From: Bacteroidia bacterium
Lineage (GTDB): Bacteria > Bacteroidota > Bacteroidia > M30B66
Direction of reading: 5' to 3'
Assembly (NCBI GenBank): GCA_965279035.1
Contig: OZ257142.1
Span: 384,001 to 448,000 of the forward strand
DNA: 64,000 bases
Shown here: positions 1 through 8,653 of the stretch, piece by piece
Numbering within the stretch: position 1 is the stretch's first letter
Layout: each line of letters opens with the position of its first letter
Position numbers and translations under genes: made by a program
Notes under the pieces: generated by a model
What the model was told of the DNA's origin: nothing
Database searches by the model: none
Seen by the model: only the letters and a program-made list of their open reading frames with translations

Positions 1-1
1 T

Positions 2-1573
2 ATGCGTTTTGCTGAGGAGTGGAGATTGATGTTAGAGCAAACTCGGAACGTTGATTTTTTTCAAGACATGGTTTCGGCATTGCTAATTGAAAACGGATCT
101 GTTGTCGGTGTTAGAACGGGTTTGGGACTAGAGTTTAAATCAAAAGCCGTTGTTCTAACAAACGGGACTTTCCTAAATGGGTTAATTCATATTGGTGATA
201 AAAATTTTGGTGGCGGAAGAGCTGCTGAAAAGGCTGCCACCGGAATTACAGAACAACTCGTGAATTTGGGATTTAGAAGTGGAAGAATGAAAACGGGAAC
301 ACCTCCTCGTGTGGATGGACGATCGTTAGATTATTCTAAAATGGAAATACAGCCGGGTGATGTTTCCCCTAAAAGATTTTCCTATACTGCTACACGACTT
401 TTAGAAAAACAACTTCCTTGCTTTATGACTTATACGAGCAATGAAGTTCATGACATATTAAGAACTGGCTTTGATCGATCTCCTATGTTCTCTGGTCGAA
501 TTCAAGGATTAGGCCCGCGATATTGCCCCTCTATTGAAGATAAAATAGATCGCTTTTCCGACAAAGATAAACATCAACTATTTGTTGAGCCTGAAGGATG
601 GAATACTGTTGAAGTTTATGTAAATGGTTTCTCTACATCCTTACCTGAAGAAGTTCAATTTGATGCTTTAAGAAAAGTATCTGGATTTGAAAACGTAAAA
701 GTTTTTCGTCCAGGTTATGCTATCGAATATGATTATTTCCCGCCCGAGCAGCTGCAATTAACACTTGAAACTAAATTAATTCAGAATCTTTATTTGGCAG
801 GTCAAATTAATGGTACAACTGGATATGAAGAAGCCGCTGGTCAAGGTTTATTAGCTGGAATAAATGCACATTTAAAAATTCAAGAGAAGGATCCATTTAT
901 TCTTAAACGATCAGAAGCATATATCGGTGTTTTGATTGATGATTTAGTAACGAAAGGAACAGAAGAGCCTTATCGAATGTTTACTTCTCGAGCTGAATAT
1001 CGAATATTATTACGTCAAGATAATGCAGATGTCAGGCTCACTCCTATTTCAAATTCACTTGGCTTAGCATCTGATGAAAGACTAAAACGGGTTGAAGAGA
1101 AACAGGCGTCTGTTCAAATTCTTGATAAGTATTTGGCTAATACGGGCGTAGATCCAGATGTGTTGAATAGTTATTTAGCAACAACTGGATCTCCCGATGT
1201 AAAGCAAAAAATAAAAATTGCCTCATTGGTTTCTCGGCCACAGGTAACATTGGATGGGTTAATTAATTTTATTCCCGAATTGAAAGAATTTGTAACTAAC
1301 AATAACTTAGATAATGAAGCAATTGAAGAAACTGAGATATTACTAAAGTATGACGGATATATCCATAAAGAACAAGAGGTGGCTAATAAACTTCTGAGAT
1401 TAGAACACATTGAGCTTCATGATACATTTGATTATAAATCGTTAAAATCACTTTCTTCTGAAGCAAGAGAAAAACTATCTCTAATAAAACCAAGAAGTAT
1501 AGGACAAGCATCTCGAATTAGTGGTATTTCTCCTTCAGATATTTCGGTATTGATGGTATACCTTGGTCGTTAA
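2..1573 (+). CDS. mnmG: tRNA uridine-5-carboxymethylaminomethyl(34) synthesis enzyme MnmG/GidA (5'-truncated by the window edge)
   Basis: GidA motifs [37 protein letters not shown] and [13 protein letters not shown]; the N-terminal FAD-binding part lies outside the window. Confidence 0.98.
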   Translation: MRFAEEWRLMLEQTRNVDFFQDMVSALLIENGSVVGVRTGLGLEFKSKAVVLTNGTFLNGLIHIGDKNFGGGRAAEKAATGITEQLVNLGFRSGRMKTGTPPRVDGRSLDYSKMEIQPGDVSPKRFSYTATRLLEKQLPCFMTYTSNEVHDILRTGFDRSPMFSGRIQGLGPRYCPSIEDKIDRFSDKDKHQLFVEPEGWNTVEVYVNGFSTSLPEEVQFDALRKVSGFENVKVFRPGYAIEYDYFPPEQLQLTLETKLIQNLYLAGQINGTTGYEEAAGQGLLAGINAHLKIQEKDPFILKRSEAYIGVLIDDLVTKGTEEPYRMFTSRAEYRILLRQDNADVRLTPISNSLGLASDERLKRVEEKQASVQILDKYLANTGVDPDVLNSYLATTGSPDVKQKIKIASLVSRPQVTLDGLINFIPELKEFVTNNNLDNEAIEETEILLKYDGYIHKEQEVANKLLRLEHIELHDTFDYKSLKSLSSEAREKLSLIKPRSIGQASRISGISPSDISVLMVYLGR

Positions 1574-1589
1574 ATTTTCACGTGGAACA
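1574..1589. promoter_or_regulatory. parS-like centromere site
   Basis: ATTTTCACGTGGAACA matches the parS consensus TGTTTCACGTGGAACA at 14/16 positions and directly follows the mnmG stop codon. Confidence 0.7.
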
Positions 1590-1590
1590 A

Positions 1591-2466
1591 ATGGAAGAAT
1601 TAAAGAATTGCCAACTTTGTGGAGGAAGTGTTTTTGAACAGCGTTTCAATTGTATTGATTATACCGTTTCCAAGGAATATTTTTCTATTGTTGAGTGTAA
1701 GGGTTGCGGTTTTGTATTTACGAATCCTCGTCCAAATGATTCTGATTTAGGAAAATATTATAAATCCGAAACATATATTTCTCACTCTGATTCATCTAAA
1801 GGAATTGTAAATAAGCTTTACAAACTTGTTCGTAAAGTAACACTTAAGCAAAAGCTTAAACAAATTCAGCCATATTTAGAAAACAACAAACTTTTAGATA
1901 TCGGATGTGGTACTGGAGCATTTCTTAATTATTGTAAACTATCTGGGGTTGATGTTTTGGGCATTGAACCAGATGAAGATGCTAGAAATTTTGGTAAAAG
2001 CCAATATTCTATAGATGTTCATCCAGAGTCTACTATGGTTGAACTAAATGCAGAATCCTTTTCTGTTATAACCATGTGGCATGTTTTAGAACATGTTGGA
2101 GATTTAAATAAAAGGGTAGATGAAATGAAGAGACTTTTAACACCCAATGGTCGAATCTTTATTGCAGTCCCCAATCATAAATCGGCTGATGCTCAGCATT
2201 ATAGAGAAAATTGGGCTGCTTATGATGTCCCTAGACACCTGCATCACTTTGACAACCAGAGTATTACAAGGCTATTTGGAAATCATGGGATGCATTTAGA
2301 AAACGTTTTACCCATGAAATTTGATTCATTTTATGTGTCTCTATTGAGTGAAGAAATAAAAACGGGAAAGCGGAATCTATTAAAAGGCATGTATCAAGGT
2401 TTAATCTCTAATTTGAAGGCAGAAAAAAACACTTGGTCTAGTCAGATTTACATACTCCGCAAATAA
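1591..2466 (+). CDS. Class I SAM-dependent methyltransferase with N-terminal Cys-rich (Zn-ribbon-like) region
   Basis: LLDIGCGTG motif I, ITMWHVLEH, YDVPRHL; N-terminal CQLC...CKGC. ATG 1591 is preferred because the track's GTG 1582 lies inside the parS-like site. Confidence 0.88.
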   Translation: MEELKNCQLCGGSVFEQRFNCIDYTVSKEYFSIVECKGCGFVFTNPRPNDSDLGKYYKSETYISHSDSSKGIVNKLYKLVRKVTLKQKLKQIQPYLENNKLLDIGCGTGAFLNYCKLSGVDVLGIEPDEDARNFGKSQYSIDVHPESTMVELNAESFSVITMWHVLEHVGDLNKRVDEMKRLLTPNGRIFIAVPNHKSADAQHYRENWAAYDVPRHLHHFDNQSITRLFGNHGMHLENVLPMKFDSFYVSLLSEEIKTGKRNLLKGMYQGLISNLKAEKNTWSSQIYILRK

Positions 2467-2686
2467 ACGGCCCATTGGCCACGTTAGGCGAGGCCGAGTG
2501 CTAGAATGGAACTTGATGCTGTAATTTTAAAAATAACGCAATAGCGCGCGACTGGCGAGGTTTAAAAACTGTCCTTACTGAAGGTTTTTTGTACTTGTTG
2601 AATGCAAAACACAAAAACAACAGAATAAGTATTGATTTTCATTTCAGAGGACTTTACTGTTTTGAAATATTGATAAGTGCTTAAAT

Positions 2687-2725
2687 AAAAAACCCGAAGG
2701 CCAAAAATTGGCCTTCGGGTTTTTT
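2687..2725. terminator. Bidirectional intrinsic terminator
   Basis: Perfect 18-bp inverted repeat AAAAAACCCGAAGGCCAA-AAA-TTGGCCTTCGGGTTTTTT between convergent genes. Confidence 0.9.
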
Positions 2726-2767
2726 AATGATTATCGTTGAAATTTTATTTTAAATTAAAATTTAAGA

Positions 2768-3634
2768 TTAATTCCAACATGCCATATCAATTGTAAAATC
2801 CAAATCCACACGATCGTCTCCAGAAAGAAATACTTTCTTCATTACAACTCCTTTTAAAATATCTATTTTTTGACCGGGTGCTAAACCAAAAAACAGTTCC
2901 GGAATAAATGCTTTTTCAAAGCTTCCTCCACCTAAATCAGTCATTTCTAAATCGGGGTTATTTCCAACTTGGAAAAAGGTAGAGGGTTTAATTATAGTGC
3001 CATCAGTTAATGTTACTTCGAGATATATATAACAATTTCCTGGAGCAATATTTTGCATGGAGGTTTTTGTTTCACGTGTATTATCATATACAATTCTAAA
3101 AATATCATCTTGAATTGCAGCTGAAGGAAAACCATAAACAACCGGGCGAACTAAATTAGGAGGATTCACTTCAAATGTTAAATCAGTTGATTTACGATCA
3201 GGATCACCATAACCACCACCATCTTTTGGTTTAACTAGGAAATGGATATCTTCAGCATAAACTGTAGCGGCATCTACTTCATAAAACTCAGTAGGAACCA
3301 TAGTAAAGCTATAAATGTGATCCGCTTCTTTGGTCATTTTAAGTGTGTCATTACTGTTTTTCCAAGGAGCACCACCAAGTCCATTCGCTTTTGGCGATCC
3401 AGCAGGAAATTCGAATGGCTTCCAAGTCCAAATAAATAAGTCTAAACCAGCATCAGCATCAGCCATGAGATTTATAACATGATCCAGTGTTTGATCCAGC
3501 TGATCTAAGTTTACAATCAACTTAACTTGTTGAGATGGATCATTATATTCAGCTGGTTCAGATGTAACAACCTGCCCAAATGAGTTAAGAACTCCTGTCC
3601 CCAGAATATATAAAAAGAGAATTAGTTTTTTCAT
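2768..3634 (-). CDS. PUL accessory protein with signal peptide and two tandem putative glucan-binding modules (DUF4961-like)
   Basis: Signal peptide ending SFG-Q; last gene of the susCD operon; both halves resemble the N-terminal module of the neighbouring GH13. Confidence 0.55.
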   Translation of the reverse strand: MKKLILFLYILGTGVLNSFGQVVTSEPAEYNDPSQQVKLIVNLDQLDQTLDHVINLMADADAGLDLFIWTWKPFEFPAGSPKANGLGGAPWKNSNDTLKMTKEADHIYSFTMVPTEFYEVDAATVYAEDIHFLVKPKDGGGYGDPDRKSTDLTFEVNPPNLVRPVVYGFPSAAIQDDIFRIVYDNTRETKTSMQNIAPGNCYIYLEVTLTDGTIIKPSTFFQVGNNPDLEMTDLGGGSFEKAFIPELFFGLAPGQKIDILKGVVMKKVFLSGDDRVDLDFTIDMACWN

Positions 3635-3640
3635 GACTGA

Positions 3641-4132
3641 TTATTGTTGAACACGAGTGAAAGAATATATATATCTCAAATAATTTGAGCCGCAAGAGTC
3701 GGTTCTATTGATGTTGAAACCAAAATTAACATCTATTTCTCTTGGCATGTTTGACAAAGGTGCAATGAGAGTATCTCCTTTTGAAGTATAGAAATACAAG
3801 GATGTTGGATATGGAGTAACATCATAAGCCCAAGTTCCGCCTGTTCCAAAAATCCGAGGAAGAAGTCCAGCCTGAACGATCGAATATGTATTGTTTTCTT
3901 TATCAAAACGAATGATCATTTTATTGCTGTCGTTTGAACTGAAAAACGAAGAAATATCTCTAGTTTCAGGAATCGGTTGTTTCAAATCAACTTGACTTAG
4001 TTTAGAAATTACCCAACTACCATAAATACCATCGCCAGCAGTATATTCTGGACCAATTTCTTTGATATCTGGTTTGCAGCTTGTGATTAGAAAAGCGATA
4101 GCAAAAAGACCAAGGAAGAATTTATTTTTCAT
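3641..4132 (-). CDS. PUL lipoprotein (DUF5004/lipocalin-like)
   Basis: Lipobox ITSC, GSW motif, position downstream of susD. Start taken at MKNKFF (track start 4147). Confidence 0.6.
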   Translation of the reverse strand: MKNKFFLGLFAIAFLITSCKPDIKEIGPEYTAGDGIYGSWVISKLSQVDLKQPIPETRDISSFFSSNDSNKMIIRFDKENNTYSIVQAGLLPRIFGTGGTWAYDVTPYPTSLYFYTSKGDTLIAPLSNMPREIDVNFGFNINRTDSCGSNYLRYIYSFTRVQQ

Positions 4133-4159
4133 GTTGTAATGTATCATTATGAATAGAAA

Positions 4160-5539
4160 TTATTGACAACCACCAATTGGATTTAAAACAAATCCGATTA
4201 CCGTGTTTTCAGCACCAGGAAATTGAAGAACCATTCCAGGACAATTCCAAGGGGCGTTTCTTGAAAACGAAGGGTTTCCGAGAGCTCCATAGCGTTTGAT
4301 TTGAATTGTTCTATCTCCTTCAAAGCATAATTCTTTTCTACGTTCATCACGAATTGACGCCAAAAGTTCAGTACCTGTGTATGATACGGATGGTAGACCG
4401 GCTCTATTTCTTATATCATTCAAATCGTTTTGAGCAGTAGAAACATCAGTTCCTAATGCGGCCAAAGCTTCGGCACGAGTTAATTTCATTTCTGTTAAAT
4501 GGAGAATTGGAATCCACATAAACGTACGATCGAATTTGGCAACACCAAATACTGCAGTTGTACCAGATCCAATTTGACGAAACCAATTTTTCCCACGTAA
4601 GTCAAGCGTATCTTCAATCATATAATTGTAAAATGCGGCATTGGCTCTCATGGTTGGGTTGGTATTGTTGTCGGAACGATAATTTAAAAAAGCACCACCA
4701 CGTTCATCAGTAATATTGTTCTGATTATAACTTACTGTTGCAAAAATTTGTTCTGAGTTTGCCCCCTGAGTAAACTTATTTACATCATTCAACAATGTAA
4801 ATTTATTACTATTAATCACCTCAGTCGCCTTTTCAGCAGCTAGTTGATATTGATTCATATCGAGATATACTCTTGCCAAAAGCGCTTTTGCAGACCATTT
4901 CGTGGCAAAAACACCATTGTCTTCTGGTAAATTTGTTTCTGCAAAACTTAAGTCTTCTATGATTGCATCAAAGCACTCTTTAACTGTTGAGCGTAATCCC
5001 GCCTCTTGAGAAAACTTCATTCTTAGAACGATTCCTAAATGCGAGTTGTCTGGAGTATAGCCAGCTGGTTGAGCAAATAATCGAAGAACAGCATGATGAC
5101 TTAAAGCCCTCAGAAAACGAGCTTCAGCTTCTAGTTGAGTTTTTTCAGAATCAGAAATATCAGACACATCATCTTTTTTATAAATAAGTTGATTTGCCCT
5201 ATAAATGGTGATGTAAGCATTTTGATATACAGGTCCAATCGTACCATTAAATATATCCGTTCGTCTTGAATAGACTTGAATATAATCATTTTGGTTAGCG
5301 GGAGAATCTATATTATCACCTAAGAGCTCAGATAAGTTTTGAATCTGTCCACCATAGAGATTTGCAATTACATCATAAGAAGAAACCAATAATCGCTTAA
5401 GGTCTTCTTTGGTTTTAACTGCTTCATCAGAAACAGCCTGAGTGTCTGTTTTCTCAGGATATTTATCTAAAAGGCCTTCTGAACAAGATTGTAGAGAAAA
5501 TGCCGCAATGACGAGTAAAAGGAATGATTTAATTTTCAT
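4160..5539 (-). CDS. susD: SusD/RagB family glycan-binding lipoprotein
   Basis: Lipobox LQSC; EARFLRA, TKWSAKALLARVYL, LNDIRNRAGL and ERRKELCFEG motifs; follows susC. Confidence 0.95.
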   Translation of the reverse strand: MKIKSFLLLVIAAFSLQSCSEGLLDKYPEKTDTQAVSDEAVKTKEDLKRLLVSSYDVIANLYGGQIQNLSELLGDNIDSPANQNDYIQVYSRRTDIFNGTIGPVYQNAYITIYRANQLIYKKDDVSDISDSEKTQLEAEARFLRALSHHAVLRLFAQPAGYTPDNSHLGIVLRMKFSQEAGLRSTVKECFDAIIEDLSFAETNLPEDNGVFATKWSAKALLARVYLDMNQYQLAAEKATEVINSNKFTLLNDVNKFTQGANSEQIFATVSYNQNNITDERGGAFLNYRSDNNTNPTMRANAAFYNYMIEDTLDLRGKNWFRQIGSGTTAVFGVAKFDRTFMWIPILHLTEMKLTRAEALAALGTDVSTAQNDLNDIRNRAGLPSVSYTGTELLASIRDERRKELCFEGDRTIQIKRYGALGNPSFSRNAPWNCPGMVLQFPGAENTVIGFVLNPIGGCQ

Positions 5540-5552
5540 TTTGATCCAGTAT

Positions 5553-8500
5553 TTAGAACCCGATATCGAGTGAGAATGTGAATGTTTTCTGTTGAGGAGC
5601 CGTTAAATAAGTGATATTCGGACTCATGTTGCGATCCGTTGCATTTTCAAAATCCCTTGCAATTTCCGGATCTAAGCCTGGATATTTAGTAATGGTAAGT
5701 AGATTCGTTGCTTGCACAGAAATGCGGATTTTCGCCAATTTAGTTTTGCGTAAAACAGATTCTGGTAAGTTATAGCCTATTGCCAAGTTTTTCAATCGAG
5801 CAAAAGTACCGTCATGAAGCCACATATCTGTATTTATCCATGGAGTTCCAGATCCATAAGTAGATGGAGATGTTGTTAGAACAGGATAAAGTGCTTGGTC
5901 TCCTGGTTTTCTCCAACGATCAAATTGATCTGTTCTATGATTCCAACCATCTTGATCATAAGTTCCTAATTGGCGTTTTGAAGAAGAATCGTATATATCA
6001 CCACCGATAGTAAATACCCAAAACATGGTTAGATCGAATCTTCCAAAACTGAAATTATTTTTAATCCCACCAAATGCTTTCGGCATAATGCTACCTGTTG
6101 AAACACGATTTGAAGGGTCCCATACAGTTGTTTCATTCCCATCTTTATCTAAGTAAACCGGTTTACCTGTTGCTGCATCAATGTGACTAAAACGAACTAA
6201 AAAGTTGTTTCCAATCGGACGACCGACAACTAAACGAGTATCATTTGTTCCTCCAGAAATAGCATCTTCCGTATAATCTCCAAGGCTTGTCACTTCGTTA
6301 TGATTTCGAGCAATATTGAAATCAACTGACCATTTGAATTTCTTGTCAATTACTTTCGCTTTCAAAGCAAATTCAACACCTCTGTTTAAAATTTGACCTA
6401 CGTTAGCCCAAGCGTGTTGAAAACCAGTATTTGATTGAGTTGAAACAAACAAAAGCACATTGGACGATAGCTTATTATAGTAAGCAAACTCACCTGTAAT
6501 TCGATCTCCGAAAAGTCCAAATTCAACAGCAGCATCAATTGTTCTGGACTTCTCCCATGTTAAATTTGGATTAGCTGGTTTACTTGCATCCGGAAAGAGA
6601 ATTGGTTGCCCATTGTAAGCGTTCGGCTTCGTGTAGAAAATATTATACTGAGCATCCCAAGGAATGTTTGAATTTCCATTCACACCAATGGATGATTTCA
6701 CTTTCAAGAATGAAATGACTTTGCTGTTTTTAAGGAATTTTTCTTCAGAAATATTATAACCAATAGAAGCAGATGGGAAAAAACCATATTTATTGTTCTT
6801 TCCAAATTTGCTTGAACCGTCTCGACGACCAACTAATTCAGTAAAAATCTTTTTGTTATAATCGTAACGAATACGTCCAAATTGTGAAACGAAATTCCAA
6901 GACTCAAACGTTTGACTGCCATTTGCAACAGCTGCAGCGTCAACAACTGCAAGAAAACCGGTTGCCGTTTGTTCATTTTTAGTCCCTGCAAATTTCCGTG
7001 TATCTGAGTTTTGATATTCGGTACCAAGCATGAAGCTGAAGTTGTGTTTATCTTTAATTTTCTTCAAATAAGACACAACAGCATTCATGTTGTAATTGGC
7101 TACATCAAAACTATTTCTATATGCTTTACCTAATGTTGGATTGTTCGCATCGTATCCTGGTTTTTGATATTGATTTTCTTCCCAGAACATATAATCAATA
7201 GAAGTAGTCGCATTAAAATACAAATCTTTTAAGGGATTTAATTCCAATGCTAAACTATTAATAGTGCGACGTTCGGTTGTTTGCCAATCACGTAGCTCTC
7301 TCATAGCAACAGGATTTCTTCCAACGTCATTACTTGGTAAAAAATAATCTCCTTTTTTGTGGATTAATGCTCCATCATCATTGTAAACATCTTTATCATA
7401 GTATATTGGATAAATTGGAAGCGCAGTAGACATTGCTGCCCCTAATCCGCCACTCCAACCCATGCCTTGACGTTTATTTATACCCTCAGAAAGAGAACTT
7501 GAAAGCGAAACTTTTCCCCATTTCGCAAATTTATAATCACCATTCAGCCTTCCTGCAGTTCTTTGGTAAGCATTCCCTTTCATGTAGGATTGGTCGTTTT
7601 GATGAGAAATACCACCATACACATTGTACTTTTCAGCACCTTTAGAAATACCTAAGTCATAGTTTTGCTGATATCCTGTTCCAATTACTTCTTTTACCCA
7701 ATCGGTGTTTGTATTACGAGCGTCTGCAAGTGAAATACCTCCGGGAAGTGAAGGAGATCCAAGACGACCATCGTTTACCCAAGCTTCTTCATACATCTGA
7801 AGAAACTGTTTACTATTCATCATATTGGGTAATGCAGTTGGCTTACTAATACCTTGACGAGTAGAGAAATCCACGTGAATACCTTTTCTTTTTCCTCTTT
7901 TCGTGGTGATGAGGATTACCCCATTTGATCCACGTGAACCATAGATTCCTGTAGCGGCTGCATCTTTAAGAATCTCAACGTTTTCAATGTCATTGGGGTT
8001 GATGGTAGCCAAAGGATTATTGTTTGCCGCCCCATTGTTTCCATTTAAAAAATAGTCTTGCGTGATTGGAATTCCATCAACGACATACAATGGATCTCCA
8101 CCTGCAGAAACAGAAGCAACGCCACGAATACGAACAACCGAACTACTGCCGGCTGCACCAGAGCCCGTAATTACCTGTAATCCGGAAGCCTTTCCCTGAA
8201 GCCCATTTTCGAAACTTGGTGCAGGAACTTCCATGAGTTCCTTTCCTTCTAGTTTAACGATTGAGCTTATCAAGTCGCGCTTTCTTTGAACACCATATCC
8301 AACCACAACCACTTCGTTTAAGCTATTCGCATTGGGTTGAAGTGTAAGTTTTATATCAACGGGTTTTTCTTTTGAGACGGTAACATTCCGTGTCTCTTTT
8401 AAATAACCTACAAAAGAAATTTCTAAAACAGCCTTTCCAATGGGAAGATTACTTAATGTGAATCTACCATTGAGATCTGTAACCGTCCCTATGGTAGTTC

Positions 8501-8645
8501 CGGAAAGCCTAATTGCAGCTCCGATCATTGGTTGGCGGGTTTCGTCCAGGATTGTTCCCGTGACGGTTTGAGCAAATGCGGGCAAGCGCAAAAGGCACAA
8601 AAAGAGAATGGTGAATCGTAGAAATGTATTCATAGAATGGAACAA
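5553..8645 (-). CDS. susC: SusC-like TonB-dependent outer-membrane transporter
   Basis: LNEVVVVGYG, PLYVVDGIP, DIENVEILKDAAATGIYGSRGSNGVILITTK, NPNLTWEK, C-terminal Phe. Confidence 0.97.
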   Translation of the reverse strand: MFHSMNTFLRFTILFLCLLRLPAFAQTVTGTILDETRQPMIGAAIRLSGTTIGTVTDLNGRFTLSNLPIGKAVLEISFVGYLKETRNVTVSKEKPVDIKLTLQPNANSLNEVVVVGYGVQRKRDLISSIVKLEGKELMEVPAPSFENGLQGKASGLQVITGSGAAGSSSVVRIRGVASVSAGGDPLYVVDGIPITQDYFLNGNNGAANNNPLATINPNDIENVEILKDAAATGIYGSRGSNGVILITTKRGKRKGIHVDFSTRQGISKPTALPNMMNSKQFLQMYEEAWVNDGRLGSPSLPGGISLADARNTNTDWVKEVIGTGYQQNYDLGISKGAEKYNVYGGISHQNDQSYMKGNAYQRTAGRLNGDYKFAKWGKVSLSSSLSEGINKRQGMGWSGGLGAAMSTALPIYPIYYDKDVYNDDGALIHKKGDYFLPSNDVGRNPVAMRELRDWQTTERRTINSLALELNPLKDLYFNATTSIDYMFWEENQYQKPGYDANNPTLGKAYRNSFDVANYNMNAVVSYLKKIKDKHNFSFMLGTEYQNSDTRKFAGTKNEQTATGFLAVVDAAAVANGSQTFESWNFVSQFGRIRYDYNKKIFTELVGRRDGSSKFGKNNKYGFFPSASIGYNISEEKFLKNSKVISFLKVKSSIGVNGNSNIPWDAQYNIFYTKPNAYNGQPILFPDASKPANPNLTWEKSRTIDAAVEFGLFGDRITGEFAYYNKLSSNVLLFVSTQSNTGFQHAWANVGQILNRGVEFALKAKVIDKKFKWSVDFNIARNHNEVTSLGDYTEDAISGGTNDTRLVVGRPIGNNFLVRFSHIDAATGKPVYLDKDGNETTVWDPSNRVSTGSIMPKAFGGIKNNFSFGRFDLTMFWVFTIGGDIYDSSSKRQLGTYDQDGWNHRTDQFDRWRKPGDQALYPVLTTSPSTYGSGTPWINTDMWLHDGTFARLKNLAIGYNLPESVLRKTKLAKIRISVQATNLLTITKYPGLDPEIARDFENATDRNMSPNITYLTAPQQKTFTFSLDIGF

Positions 8646-8653
8646 TATGCAGA

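Noticed and set aside
7926-7941. Second parS-like 16-mer TGATCCACGTGAACCA in susC (weaker ones at 3068 and 8973)
   Set aside because: Explained by codons of the conserved YGSRGS motif; the mismatches break both arms; not supportable without ParB data.
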